From the NCBI GenBank assembly GCA_022750335.1, contig JAKIVX010000003.1, forward strand, positions 18,840-82,839: a stretch of DNA of 64,000 bases, given 5' to 3'. A program made the translations under genes and the position numbers. Position 1 is the first letter of the stretch. Every line of letters starts with the position of its first letter. Positions 54,392 through 62,230 of the stretch are shown piece after piece. Below the pieces are notes generated by a model that saw only the letters and a program-made list of their open reading frames with translations, did no database searches and was not told the origin of the DNA. This DNA comes from Thermoplasmata archaeon. Lineage in GTDB: Archaea; Thermoplasmatota; Thermoplasmata; Lutacidiplasmatales; UBA184.

Positions 54392-54644
54392 AGAGCTCGA
54401 CCCTCCGATCGGTGGCTCCGCGGTACCGGTCGACCCGATACAGGATGCCGGCGATGAACAGGAACGCGAGACCCGCGACGACCGCCCCGACCGGGATCGC
54501 GACGAGGTCCCAGAATTGACCCGCGAGCGCCCCCGTGATCCCGAAGACGATCGCCGCCAGGCCGACCGACCCGAGAACGATGAACCCGCCGAGGATCCAC
54601 CAAAGGACCCCGGTCGTCCATTTCGGTTTCTCGGCGCTACTCAA
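54384..54644 (-). CDS. Hypothetical small membrane protein within the oxidase operon
   Basis: 86 aa with about three TM helices. Overlaps both neighbours by 8 nt, suggesting translational coupling. Confidence 0.5.
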   Translation of the reverse strand: MSSAEKPKWTTGVLWWILGGFIVLGSVGLAAIVFGITGALAGQFWDLVAIPVGAVVAGLAFLFIAGILYRVDRYRGATDRRVELFE

Positions 54645-55989
54645 CGCCCCTCACCTCCGCGGCCGCGGCCGGGCCACCGGCGCGGGACGAAACGCTCCGG
54701 GGATAGTTGCCGGCGAAGGCGGACTTGCGGGCCGCGAGCCGTCGCTGGTAGCTGCGATGGTACCGGTAGTGGAACAGGGCGACGACGACCGCGTTCACGG
54801 CGAAGATCGGACCTAACGTCATCGCGATGGCCGGGTCCGTGATCTGGACACCCGGCGTCTCCCCGCCCCAGACGGTCATCAGGATGAGGAAACCGAGCAT
54901 GCACGTGGCCAGATAGATGAAGAAGGGGCGGTCGCGGGGGTGCGTCCGCTTCGAGCGATCCAGGAACGGCAGGAAGAGGATGTAGACGAGGAGCACGTTC
55001 GTGACGCCGATAGCGATCACCGGAGTGACGCCGGCGAAATCGACGAGCTTGAACACCCAGAGGAAGTACCAGTCGGGCTCGGTCACGACCGCCGCGGCCG
55101 CGGTGTTGCCCACGTACGTCGGCAGGTTCCACGGCCAGAGGGCCGCGATGCCGAACAGGATCCCCACGTACAGGAGTCCCCACTTCATCGTGTAGAGGAG
55201 GACGTGCGGGATGAACGGCACGTGACCCTTCTCCTCCTTCTCCGTGAAGCGTCGACGCTGGAGCGGGTCGGAGGTCGCCGGGGGCGCGATCCCGTGCGAC
55301 TCGAAAAGGGCAAAGTGGGCGTAGAAAAGGCCCGCGAGGGCGATCGGAAGTAAGATGACGTGGGCGTCGAACATCCTCGAAAGCAGCCCCTGGGAAGTCC
55401 CGTCGGCGAGGATGAACGGACCCAGGAGCGGGCCGACCGTCGGGAGGCGGAGGGCGAGGACGACTCCGACATTGGTCGCGTTGTAGGAGATCTGCGTGTA
55501 GGGAAGCAGGTAGCCGGTGAATCCCATCCCCATCGTCACGACCATGAGGAGCGTGCCGACCATCCAGGAGAACTCGCGGGGCGATTTGTACACCCCGACG
55601 TAGTAGCCCCGGAAGAAGTGGACGAACATGAGGAAAATCATCGCGTAGGCCCCGTAGAGGTGACTCGACAGGAGCAACTGTCCCATCGGGACCGAATTCA
55701 CAATGTAGTACGTCGAGCACCACGCGGCGGGAGCGGACGAGAGCGAGCCGACCGCCTGACCGCACGCCGTGAGGGTCGGGTTCGTGCTGGGCTGGTAGTA
55801 GAGCAGCAGCAGGGCTCCCGAGATGATCTGGTAGGACAGGGCCACGGCGACGAAGGAGCCGGTCCAGTAGGACGGCTTGAAGGTGAACTCGGGTTGGGGG
55901 CGCAGGGCCCACTTCTTCATCGCGGTGCGGTCTTCGACGAACCCCCAGACCTTGTTGAGGGACCGATTGTACCACGAGGAGAACGACAC
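54637..55989 (-). CDS. Cytochrome b (bc-complex type)
   Basis: GTG start (top coordinate 55989) preceded by GGAGGT at a 3-nt spacing. 'SYWTGSFVAVALSYQIISGALLLLYYQP', 'SSHLYGAYAMIFLMFVHFFRGYY' (heme His ligands). Upstream codons of the 590-aa track ORF overlap the Rieske gene and are discarded. Confidence 0.85.
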   Translation of the reverse strand: MSFSSWYNRSLNKVWGFVEDRTAMKKWALRPQPEFTFKPSYWTGSFVAVALSYQIISGALLLLYYQPSTNPTLTACGQAVGSLSSAPAAWCSTYYIVNSVPMGQLLLSSHLYGAYAMIFLMFVHFFRGYYVGVYKSPREFSWMVGTLLMVVTMGMGFTGYLLPYTQISYNATNVGVVLALRLPTVGPLLGPFILADGTSQGLLSRMFDAHVILLPIALAGLFYAHFALFESHGIAPPATSDPLQRRRFTEKEEKGHVPFIPHVLLYTMKWGLLYVGILFGIAALWPWNLPTYVGNTAAAAVVTEPDWYFLWVFKLVDFAGVTPVIAIGVTNVLLVYILFLPFLDRSKRTHPRDRPFFIYLATCMLGFLILMTVWGGETPGVQITDPAIAMTLGPIFAVNAVVVALFHYRYHRSYQRRLAARKSAFAGNYPRSVSSRAGGPAAAAEVRGVE

Positions 55990-55997
55990 CCGACCTC

Positions 55998-56840
55998 CTA
56001 ACTGGGAAATTGACAGAGGATGACGGGGGTCTCTTTCACCAGTTGGCTCGTCCCGCCGACGCCGTAGTCGCCCTGCAACGAATTCAGGTGCCCGTTCACC
56101 GGCGGTCCGGTGAGGCTGGTCGCGAAGATGTTCCCGTTCACGTCGGTCACGAGGGTCACCTGCGGGAGCGGAAGCACAGCCGGTCCGGTCAGGTTCGACG
56201 CCGCGTTCGCGGGGTCGTAGGTCGACCCATGGCAGGAGCAGTGGATGTAGAACGGTTGGACCGACGAGTTCGGCGTGTTGAAGGTCTTCCCGGGACACTG
56301 GCCCGGCGGGTAGTACGCGATCGCGGGCGCGGGGCATCCCAGATGCTGGCAGATGGCGCTGAACGCGACGATAGAACCGTGGGTCCCGACCCCCCCCGGA
56401 ACGTTCCACGCCCCCGGGTTCGAGTCGCTCGGAGCCTGTCCGTTTGCCGGGGCGAGGTTGAGGAAGAAGTTCGGCTCGTTGCGCAGCGGATAGTTGAAGA
56501 GGTACAGGCTGTTCGCCGTGACGTCGTACTCCGTCTCGACGGATTTCACCGTCAACGGCTTTCCGTCGACATCCACGAGCTGGGTCTTGGGATAGGAGCT
56601 CAGCCCGATGGTCGGAGGCTGCACGTACTGAATAGAGGCGGCCCCGAGTCCTCCTCCGGCGAGGACGAGCGCTCCGACGCCGGCCAGCTTGAGCACGTTG
56701 CGACGCGTCTCATCGACATCGTCGCCCGCCTCTCGGGCCGCGGCCAATCGTCGGACCTGGCCGATCGGGAAGTCCAGGGCACCGGATCGGGGAGGCAGGT
56801 AGGGACAGTCGGTGGAACATCCGGGTCGCTCGAACATCAC
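55998..56840 (-). CDS. Rieske [2Fe-2S] protein with Tat-type signal
   Basis: 'CQHLGC' and 'CSCHGSTYD' cluster-binding boxes. 'TRRNVLKLAGVGALVLAGGG' twin-arginine signal lies ~45 aa from the annotated ATG, so an internal TTG start is possible. Confidence 0.9.
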   Translation of the reverse strand: MMFERPGCSTDCPYLPPRSGALDFPIGQVRRLAAAREAGDDVDETRRNVLKLAGVGALVLAGGGLGAASIQYVQPPTIGLSSYPKTQLVDVDGKPLTVKSVETEYDVTANSLYLFNYPLRNEPNFFLNLAPANGQAPSDSNPGAWNVPGGVGTHGSIVAFSAICQHLGCPAPAIAYYPPGQCPGKTFNTPNSSVQPFYIHCSCHGSTYDPANAASNLTGPAVLPLPQVTLVTDVNGNIFATSLTGPPVNGHLNSLQGDYGVGGTSQLVKETPVILCQFPS

Positions 56841-57019
56841 AACGTCCTCCCTTCGGTGTCGGGGTGGGCGTCATCGGCCTGGGCTGGGTCCGGAATGGTG
56901 GCGTCCCCCGGCAGCTCGGCCTGGTCGCTCCCGTAGTAGACGGCGTAGGTGATCCCGATCCCCATGAGGATGACCAGGATCTCGGTCAGCGTGACGATCT
57001 GATCCGGGCTCAGGCTCAT
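56837..57019 (-). CDS. Hypothetical single-TM protein between tatA-like and Rieske genes
   Basis: 60 aa from ATG 57019 (ATGA overlap with the upstream gene). TM helix 'IVTLTEILVILMGIGITYAVYY' and an acidic tail. Its stop overlaps the Rieske start. Confidence 0.4.
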   Translation of the reverse strand: MSLSPDQIVTLTEILVILMGIGITYAVYYGSDQAELPGDATIPDPAQADDAHPDTEGRTL

Positions 57020-57393
57020 CGCGGACCCTCCGCCGGATCGGCGACCGAAGGGACGGTCATCGACCACGTCGCGGTCGGATACGACCCGGTCCAGGTGGGA
57101 GGGACAGGAACGGTCGGGCTGGGGGCGATCGGAAGCAGGGGCGCGGAAGTGACGGCCGCGGGGATGCCGCTCATGTGGGTTACAGGCGGGTCGAGGCCCA
57201 AGAGCGCCCCGCGGAGGGTGAGGGCACCGCCCGTCGGGGAGGGCAGGTCAGCCGCCTTCGTGAATTCGGAGAGGAGATCCTGTTTCAGGCGACCGGCGCG
57301 GCCGTACCACCGGCCCATCGTTCGCAGGACCTCCGTATTCCCCTTGCCGAACAGGAGGAACGCGGCCGCCGCGACGACGATCACCCAATCCAC
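57016..57393 (-). CDS. TatA/TatB-like Sec-independent translocase component with Pro-rich tail
   Basis: 'MDWVIVVAAAAFLLFGKGNTEVLRTMGRWYGRAGRLKQDL' is an N-terminal TM plus amphipathic helix with the FG hinge. Confidence 0.65.
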   Translation of the reverse strand: MDWVIVVAAAAFLLFGKGNTEVLRTMGRWYGRAGRLKQDLLSEFTKAADLPSPTGGALTLRGALLGLDPPVTHMSGIPAAVTSAPLLPIAPSPTVPVPPTWTGSYPTATWSMTVPSVADPAEGPR

Positions 57394-57416
57394 GTCCGAG
57401 AAGAGCGCCGTTTACC

Positions 57417-58250
57417 TCACCCCACTCCGGCCGGTGATGGACCGCGGCCGGGCCGGACGGAGGACCGCTCCCAACGACCGGCGAACCACGCGCCGCCGAG
57501 GTACAGCGCGATCATGGGAGTCGCGACCATCAGCATCGTGATGCCGGAGTTGTCGGGCGTGATCACCATCCCGAAGAGGAGCGAACCGATCACCGCGCCC
57601 CGCCAGTGCTTCTTCCACGCGGACGCGCGAACGAGTCCGAGCCGGGTGAGGGTGTAGACGAAGACCGGGAGCTCGAAGACGATCCCGAAGGCGAGGGAGT
57701 AGAGCAATGCGAACGTCACGAAGTCCTGGACCCCGAGGACGGGGGCGAGGCCCATCGCCGCGACGTACCGGAACAGCAGCAGGAAGGTGAACGGGGTGAT
57801 GAGAAAGAGTCCGAGGGAGGTCCCGACCGCGAAGAGGACCGTCGCGGGCAGGCCCACCTGGCGCAGCAACTGCCGTTCGTTCCGGCGCAGCGCCGGCATG
57901 AGGAACGCCCCGATCTCGTGGACGATCCAGGGCATCCCGAGAATGAGCGTCAGCAGCAGTCCGATCTCCATCTGGATCAGGATCGAGTCGCCGACTCCCA
58001 CATTGAGCAGTTCGACCCCGGGCGGGAGCATCCAGGCGACCATCGCCCGGAACACCTGCGCGGTCACGTTGTAGAACGGGCTCGGCCAAGGGTACCCGAA
58101 CGGGATGGAGAGCCCCGCGAAGCGAAGTCGGATCGGAACGATCTCGAAGAGGAGCATCGCTCCGAACAGCGGCCCCAGCACGTACGCGATCCGGAACACA
58201 CGGCGACGGGCCTCGGAGAGGACCCCCAGGATCCGGTCGAGATCGCCCAT
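57417..58250 (-). CDS. tatC: Twin-arginine translocase subunit TatC
   Basis: 277 aa, 6 TM. 'EIGAFLMPALRRNERQLL', 'FTFLLLFRY', 'FELPVFVYTLTRLGLV' follow the TatC pattern. Confidence 0.9.
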   Translation of the reverse strand: MGDLDRILGVLSEARRRVFRIAYVLGPLFGAMLLFEIVPIRLRFAGLSIPFGYPWPSPFYNVTAQVFRAMVAWMLPPGVELLNVGVGDSILIQMEIGLLLTLILGMPWIVHEIGAFLMPALRRNERQLLRQVGLPATVLFAVGTSLGLFLITPFTFLLLFRYVAAMGLAPVLGVQDFVTFALLYSLAFGIVFELPVFVYTLTRLGLVRASAWKKHWRGAVIGSLLFGMVITPDNSGITMLMVATPMIALYLGGAWFAGRWERSSVRPGRGPSPAGVG

Positions 58251-58349
58251 CAGTCACCCGGCCACCCCCGCGGTGCGGGCCGGAAGACCCCGCCCGGTCG
58301 ATGGTGGCGGACTCCCGTCGTCTGGCTCGCGCATGCCTCGCCGACGAGG

Positions 58350-58574
58350 TTAGGGGGCTCGTCCCGCCGGCGCGGGGATTGCGGCCTTCGCCTGCTCCGC
58401 CTGGAGTTCCCGTTCCACCTCGAGGCGGCCCTTCTTGAACTCCCCGACGGAACGACCTAGGCTGTGGGCCAATTGAGGAATCTTGGTGGACCCGTAGAAC
58501 AGGATCCCGGCCACCACGGCAATGATCAACCAGTCATCGATGGAATCGAACACTTTCTCTCCCGCGCGAAGCAC
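58350..58574 (-). CDS. tatA: Twin-arginine translocase subunit TatA/E
   Basis: 'WLIIAVVAGILFYGSTKIPQLAHSLGRSVGEFKKG'. An internal GTG at 58553 is an alternative start. Confidence 0.8.
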   Translation of the reverse strand: MLRAGEKVFDSIDDWLIIAVVAGILFYGSTKIPQLAHSLGRSVGEFKKGRLEVERELQAEQAKAAIPAPAGRAP

Positions 58575-58652
58575 CCGGGGTCGGACGATATGGCGTTCGT
58601 ACGGGGTGACCCAACCTGTATCGGTAGTTCGGACTCGCAGTAGATAAGCGGC

Positions 58653-59696
58653 CTACGCGGCCTCAACGAGGATCGTCTCGTTCCCGGCCGCGACCGCGCG
58701 GTCGATGGCGACCGCCGCCAGAAGGCCGAGGCACGAAGCCCCCCGTTGCAGGAGGTGCGCCGCAGGTCGGGCCCCACCGTGCCCGAGCGCGGGGGTTCGG
58801 CCGACCGAGAGGGCGGGCGTCTCGTCTCCGAGGATCCCGCCGGCGTGGTACACGACGCAGGCGTCATCCAGCGACGGGTGCATGAGCGCCTCGACGACGT
58901 TCTTGAGCTGTTCTTTCAGTTCGGGTACGTAGGCTGACAAGGCCTCGGCCGTGGGGTCGTTGCGACTGGGGACCCCGTCGTTGAGCGAGGCGAGTGCCGC
59001 GCCGAACAACTCCGCGAGCTCTTCGAGCGCGTGGACGACCACACGCCACTCGAGCAGCTGGCGGGGATCGGGACTACCGATCCGCCGGGCGAGCGACCAG
59101 TCGCGGCTGGCGAGGAAGAGCTGTCGGACGAGGAGCGCCAGGACCTTGTTGCCTTCCTCGTTGAGGGTCCCGAGGCGCCGGCTCCGGCCATGCCGCCGCA
59201 GCACTTCTTCCATTTCCTCGAGGAACGCGACCAGGATCATCTTCATCCGGGCCACGAGTTGCGGCAGTCCGTACTTGGACGGGTCGATGAAGTTCTGAAG
59301 GACGATCCGGGTCGGCTCCTGCGCGACGACGGAAACGCCGAGCAGGCCCCGCGCCGCGTCGAGGAGTTCTTCGACCCGATCGGGGGCGAACGGAACGTCG
59401 CTTCGGATCTCGATCGAGTCGTGACCGACGCGGTAGGCGCCGACGATCAGGCGTTGGAGGACCCCGGGCGTGTCGAAGGAGCGGGCCTGCACGAGGAACG
59501 GCGTACCCTCGGGGGTGGAGCCCGGGACCGGCGCGGGCTTGAGGAACAACGTCCCGTCATCGCTCTGGTCGAAGACGATGAGGTCGCCCGGACGCAAGTT
59601 CATCGCTTGGGCCCACGGCTTGGGCAGGGTGACCGCGATCGACGAGTGGCCGGCCTTAAGTACACGCCGCTCCCGATTTGGTGCTGCCCACGCCAC
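58653..59696 (-). CDS. AbrB/SpoVT-domain plus PhoU-domain regulator (archaeal phosphate-uptake-regulator type)
   Basis: GTG start. N-terminal swapped-hairpin 'KAGHSSIAVTLPKPWAQAMNLRPGDLIVFDQ' followed by helical PhoU-like repeats. Confidence 0.8.
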   Translation of the reverse strand: MAWAAPNRERRVLKAGHSSIAVTLPKPWAQAMNLRPGDLIVFDQSDDGTLFLKPAPVPGSTPEGTPFLVQARSFDTPGVLQRLIVGAYRVGHDSIEIRSDVPFAPDRVEELLDAARGLLGVSVVAQEPTRIVLQNFIDPSKYGLPQLVARMKMILVAFLEEMEEVLRRHGRSRRLGTLNEEGNKVLALLVRQLFLASRDWSLARRIGSPDPRQLLEWRVVVHALEELAELFGAALASLNDGVPSRNDPTAEALSAYVPELKEQLKNVVEALMHPSLDDACVVYHAGGILGDETPALSVGRTPALGHGGARPAAHLLQRGASCLGLLAAVAIDRAVAAGNETILVEAA

Positions 59697-59709
59697 AGAA
59701 TTCCCCTAA

Positions 59710-59729
59710 CCTACTACGAGGTTCGTAGG
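59710..59729. promoter_or_regulatory. Palindrome CCTACTACGAGGTTCGTAGG 14-33 nt upstream of the AbrB-PhoU start; candidate operator
   Basis: Stem CTACGA/TCGTAG with a GGT loop. On the gene strand, 'CGTAGTAGGTTA' (59707-59718) is identical to 15457-15468 in the triple-palindrome array. Confidence 0.4.
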
Positions 59730-59771
59730 AAGTAAGGGGGGGAGTTCTTGAACTTTGTGTTTGTGTTTGTA

Positions 59772-60488
59772 TCAATGGGTCGGCGGCAGCGGAGGCCGGG
59801 GCGGGGGAGCTGGCTCCGCAGGAGTCTGGGGTTCCGGGTATCCTAGGCGTTCCGGCGGCATCTCATGGAGGGCGCCGCGGCGGCGACCGACGACGAATCC
59901 GAGCACGATGGCGATCACGGTAAGCGCGACGATCGTTCCCACGATGATGAACACCGCCGCACCTGGCCCGTCGTACGCCGCCGTCACGGTCAGGTTCGCG
60001 GGAAGTCCCTCGCCGAAGGCGATGAAGCCGAACATCCCTTCCGAGAAATGCCCCGTTTCGTTGCAGACAAACTCGTACCAACCCTTTGCTGGCGCGGGGA
60101 AGGAAACGGTCATAGAGCCCGTGTTCGCCGTCACCGAGAACGACGGGTGGTAGGAATTGAAGAACGCCTCGAGTTGGCCGGGAGTGTACGTGGACGGGAT
60201 GACCCACCCCTCGCGCGAGGAGAGCGTGAACGTATGCTGGAGAGAGTCGCCGTTCGTGAACACGATCGTGTCGTTCACGGTGTTGTTGTTGTCCGAGACG
60301 TTCGCGATGAGGGAGGGGTCGAACTTGAACCCGCTCGAGGCACTCACGGCGAACGACGCGCCGACGGCCACCGCCACGCCGGCCCCGTGCGACTTGGCCA
60401 CCGAGGTGCCGACGCCGAACAGGCTGAGGAGGAGGACGACGGCGAGGACGATGGCGAGCGTCCGCCTCCCCGGTCCGTGGTAGTCCAT
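59772..60488 (-). CDS. Membrane-anchored type-1 (blue) copper protein, sulfocyanin/halocyanin-like
   Basis: Signal-like N-terminus, 'LQHTFTL' (His ligand), 'FVCNETGHFSEGMFGF' (Cys-His-Met ligands), C-terminal TM helix. Start trimmed to ATG 60488. Confidence 0.8.
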   Translation of the reverse strand: MDYHGPGRRTLAIVLAVVLLLSLFGVGTSVAKSHGAGVAVAVGASFAVSASSGFKFDPSLIANVSDNNNTVNDTIVFTNGDSLQHTFTLSSREGWVIPSTYTPGQLEAFFNSYHPSFSVTANTGSMTVSFPAPAKGWYEFVCNETGHFSEGMFGFIAFGEGLPANLTVTAAYDGPGAAVFIIVGTIVALTVIAIVLGFVVGRRRGALHEMPPERLGYPEPQTPAEPAPPPRPPLPPTH

Positions 60489-60618
60489 TCCGGTCCCCGA
60501 CGCTCTGTGGAGCCGCGAAGCACGGGAGGGGCTCTTCAAAGCCCCTGCGTATGTACGGCTCGCTGGTCGCGCGGGTCGATCCTGACGTCCGGAATTTGCG
60601 AGTACGTACGCCGCCATT

Positions 60619-60873
60619 ATGAAGCTCCTGCCCCACCGAGGTTCGGGCGAGCCGTCCGGCCGCTCGGCGTCCGCATCGATGGGGATCGGTTCCACGACCT
60701 TCGGCACTCTGGCCCTCTGGGGCGGCGGGCAGACCAACCTTCAGGAGACGAACGCACTCGTCTGGGTCATGCTGGGGATCAGTGTGGCCGGAGCGATCGT
60801 GACGTTTGGCTTCCTCGTCTACTCCGTCTGGAAGTGGAAGGACCGAGAGACGAGCAAGAGGCCGTATGGTTAA
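60619..60873 (+). CDS. Oxidase subunit II N-terminal helix (TM1) piece, either a separate small ORF or the 5' part of a frameshifted coxB
   Basis: 'ETNALVWVMLGISVAGAIVTFGFLVYSVWKWKDRETSKRPYG*' matches CoxII TM1 plus the loop. Its stop (60871-60873) overlaps ATG 60866 of the cupredoxin-containing ORF. Confidence 0.6.
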   Translation: MKLLPHRGSGEPSGRSASASMGIGSTTFGTLALWGGGQTNLQETNALVWVMLGISVAGAIVTFGFLVYSVWKWKDRETSKRPYG

Positions 60874-61327
60874 CAGGCTCGAAGTGGCCTGGACCCTCGC
60901 GGTAGTCGTCCTGCTCGCCGGGGTCGCGGCGTACTCGACTGTGCTGCTCTACCACTTGGACGAATTGCCTGCGAACCCGACTGAGTACGTCACGGTCAAA
61001 GGACACCAATGGCTGTGGGAGTTCTGCTACGCGGTCAACGACACGTGCTTCAACTCCTCTTACGACGCGAGCACGAATACGGTGAGTGGCGGAGCGTTCT
61101 GGGCTCCGCCCGGGGCTCTCGTGGAGATCAACGTAACGTCGGTGGACGTGGTCCACTCGTTCAACATCCCCCAACTGGGAGTCCGGCTCGACGCCATCCC
61201 CGGCCGAGTCAACTCCTTCGCGTTCACGGTCCCTTCGGTGGCGGCTGGGACGGAGTACCTGATCCAGTGCACCGAATTCTGCGGCACGTTCCACGGCACG
61301 ATGCGGTCGTTCCTCGTCATCACGTGA
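60866..61327 (+). CDS. coxB: Heme-copper oxidase subunit II (TM2 plus CuA cupredoxin domain)
   Basis: 'NRLEVAWTLAVVVLL' (TM2), 'VKGHQWLWEF', 'DVVHSFNIPQLGVRLDAIPGR', CuA motif 'CTEFCGTFHGTM'. Confidence 0.9.
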   Translation: MVNRLEVAWTLAVVVLLAGVAAYSTVLLYHLDELPANPTEYVTVKGHQWLWEFCYAVNDTCFNSSYDASTNTVSGGAFWAPPGALVEINVTSVDVVHSFNIPQLGVRLDAIPGRVNSFAFTVPSVAAGTEYLIQCTEFCGTFHGTMRSFLVIT

Positions 61328-61418
61328 CGGACCGGACTAATCGCCTTCGCCTGAGACCGGCGTGCGCGGGGCGATGCCGGTGTTTCCCGGCGAGAGGAAC
61401 GGGCGAAGGACGACCGTC

Positions 61419-62201
61419 ATGACGGGCGCGTGGCCGGTCCTCGAGCGCGGAAGCGGACCGGCGGTCGTCTTTCTTCACGGATACCCGCTCCATCACGGAA
61501 TGTGGCAATCGCAGCTCGAATCGCTGTCGACCGATCACCGGGTCATCCTGCTCGACCTTCCCGGTTTTGGCTTCGCGCAGGAGGGGCCCGTGCCCGATTC
61601 GCTCGCGGGTTTCGCCCATCGCGTGGAGGAAGCGCTCGCCCCACAGGTCTCGGGTCCCGTGGTGATCGTGGGTCATTCGTTCGGCGGCTACGTGGCCCTG
61701 CAGCTCTTTCGGGATCACCCGAAACGCTTCGCCGGCCTGGTGCTGACAGATACGCGTTCGGAAGCGGACTCCCCCGAAGCGCGGGAGAAACGATTGGCGC
61801 TCGTCCGGCGGCTCGAGACTCCGGGGGAGACCCTCGATATCGACGCGACCGTGCGGGGCTTACTCGCGCCGGCCGCGTGGGACGCGGGCGGTCCTTTGGT
61901 CCACCGGGTTCGGGCGATGGTTGGGGAAGCCCCGGTCCCGGCGCTGCGGGGAAGCCTCACCGCGATGGCCGGCCGCCCGGACCTCACTCCTATCCTGTCG
62001 ACGGTGGACGTCCCGACGCTCGTGGTCTGGGGGGAGGAGGATCGATTGATCCCTTCGACCCAGACCCGCTCGATGGTCGACCGAATCCGGGGCGGCGTGG
62101 GTGTGGGCCTATCAGGCGCCGGCCACCTCCCGTCGATGGAGACTCCGGGTCCGTTCGAGAGCGCGCTCCGAACCCTTCTCGCCCGAGTGCCGGCTCCCTG
62201 A
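61419..62201 (+). CDS. Alpha/beta-fold hydrolase
   Basis: 'VVFLHGYPL', nucleophile elbow 'GHSFGG', 'GEEDRLIP', 'GAGHLP'. Start trimmed to ATG 61419. Confidence 0.8.
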   Translation: MTGAWPVLERGSGPAVVFLHGYPLHHGMWQSQLESLSTDHRVILLDLPGFGFAQEGPVPDSLAGFAHRVEEALAPQVSGPVVIVGHSFGGYVALQLFRDHPKRFAGLVLTDTRSEADSPEAREKRLALVRRLETPGETLDIDATVRGLLAPAAWDAGGPLVHRVRAMVGEAPVPALRGSLTAMAGRPDLTPILSTVDVPTLVVWGEEDRLIPSTQTRSMVDRIRGGVGVGLSGAGHLPSMETPGPFESALRTLLARVPAP

Positions 62202-62230
62202 TCGCGCCCGGGTGAACCGAGGGCGACCTC

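Noticed and set aside
52059-54457. 730-aa (minus, other frame) and 745-aa (plus) ORFs overlapping coxA
   Set aside because: coxA in its own frame shows HPEVY/HH/HFHY motifs. The alternatives are R/P/D/G-rich with no motif and are GC-driven open frames.
58331-58350. 'GAGGTTAGGGGG' resembling the 'TAGGTTAGGGGA' next to the 59.7-kb palindrome
   Set aside because: It lies on the opposite strand relative to the genes, overlaps the tatA stop codon and lacks the palindrome. A 10-nt match could arise by chance.
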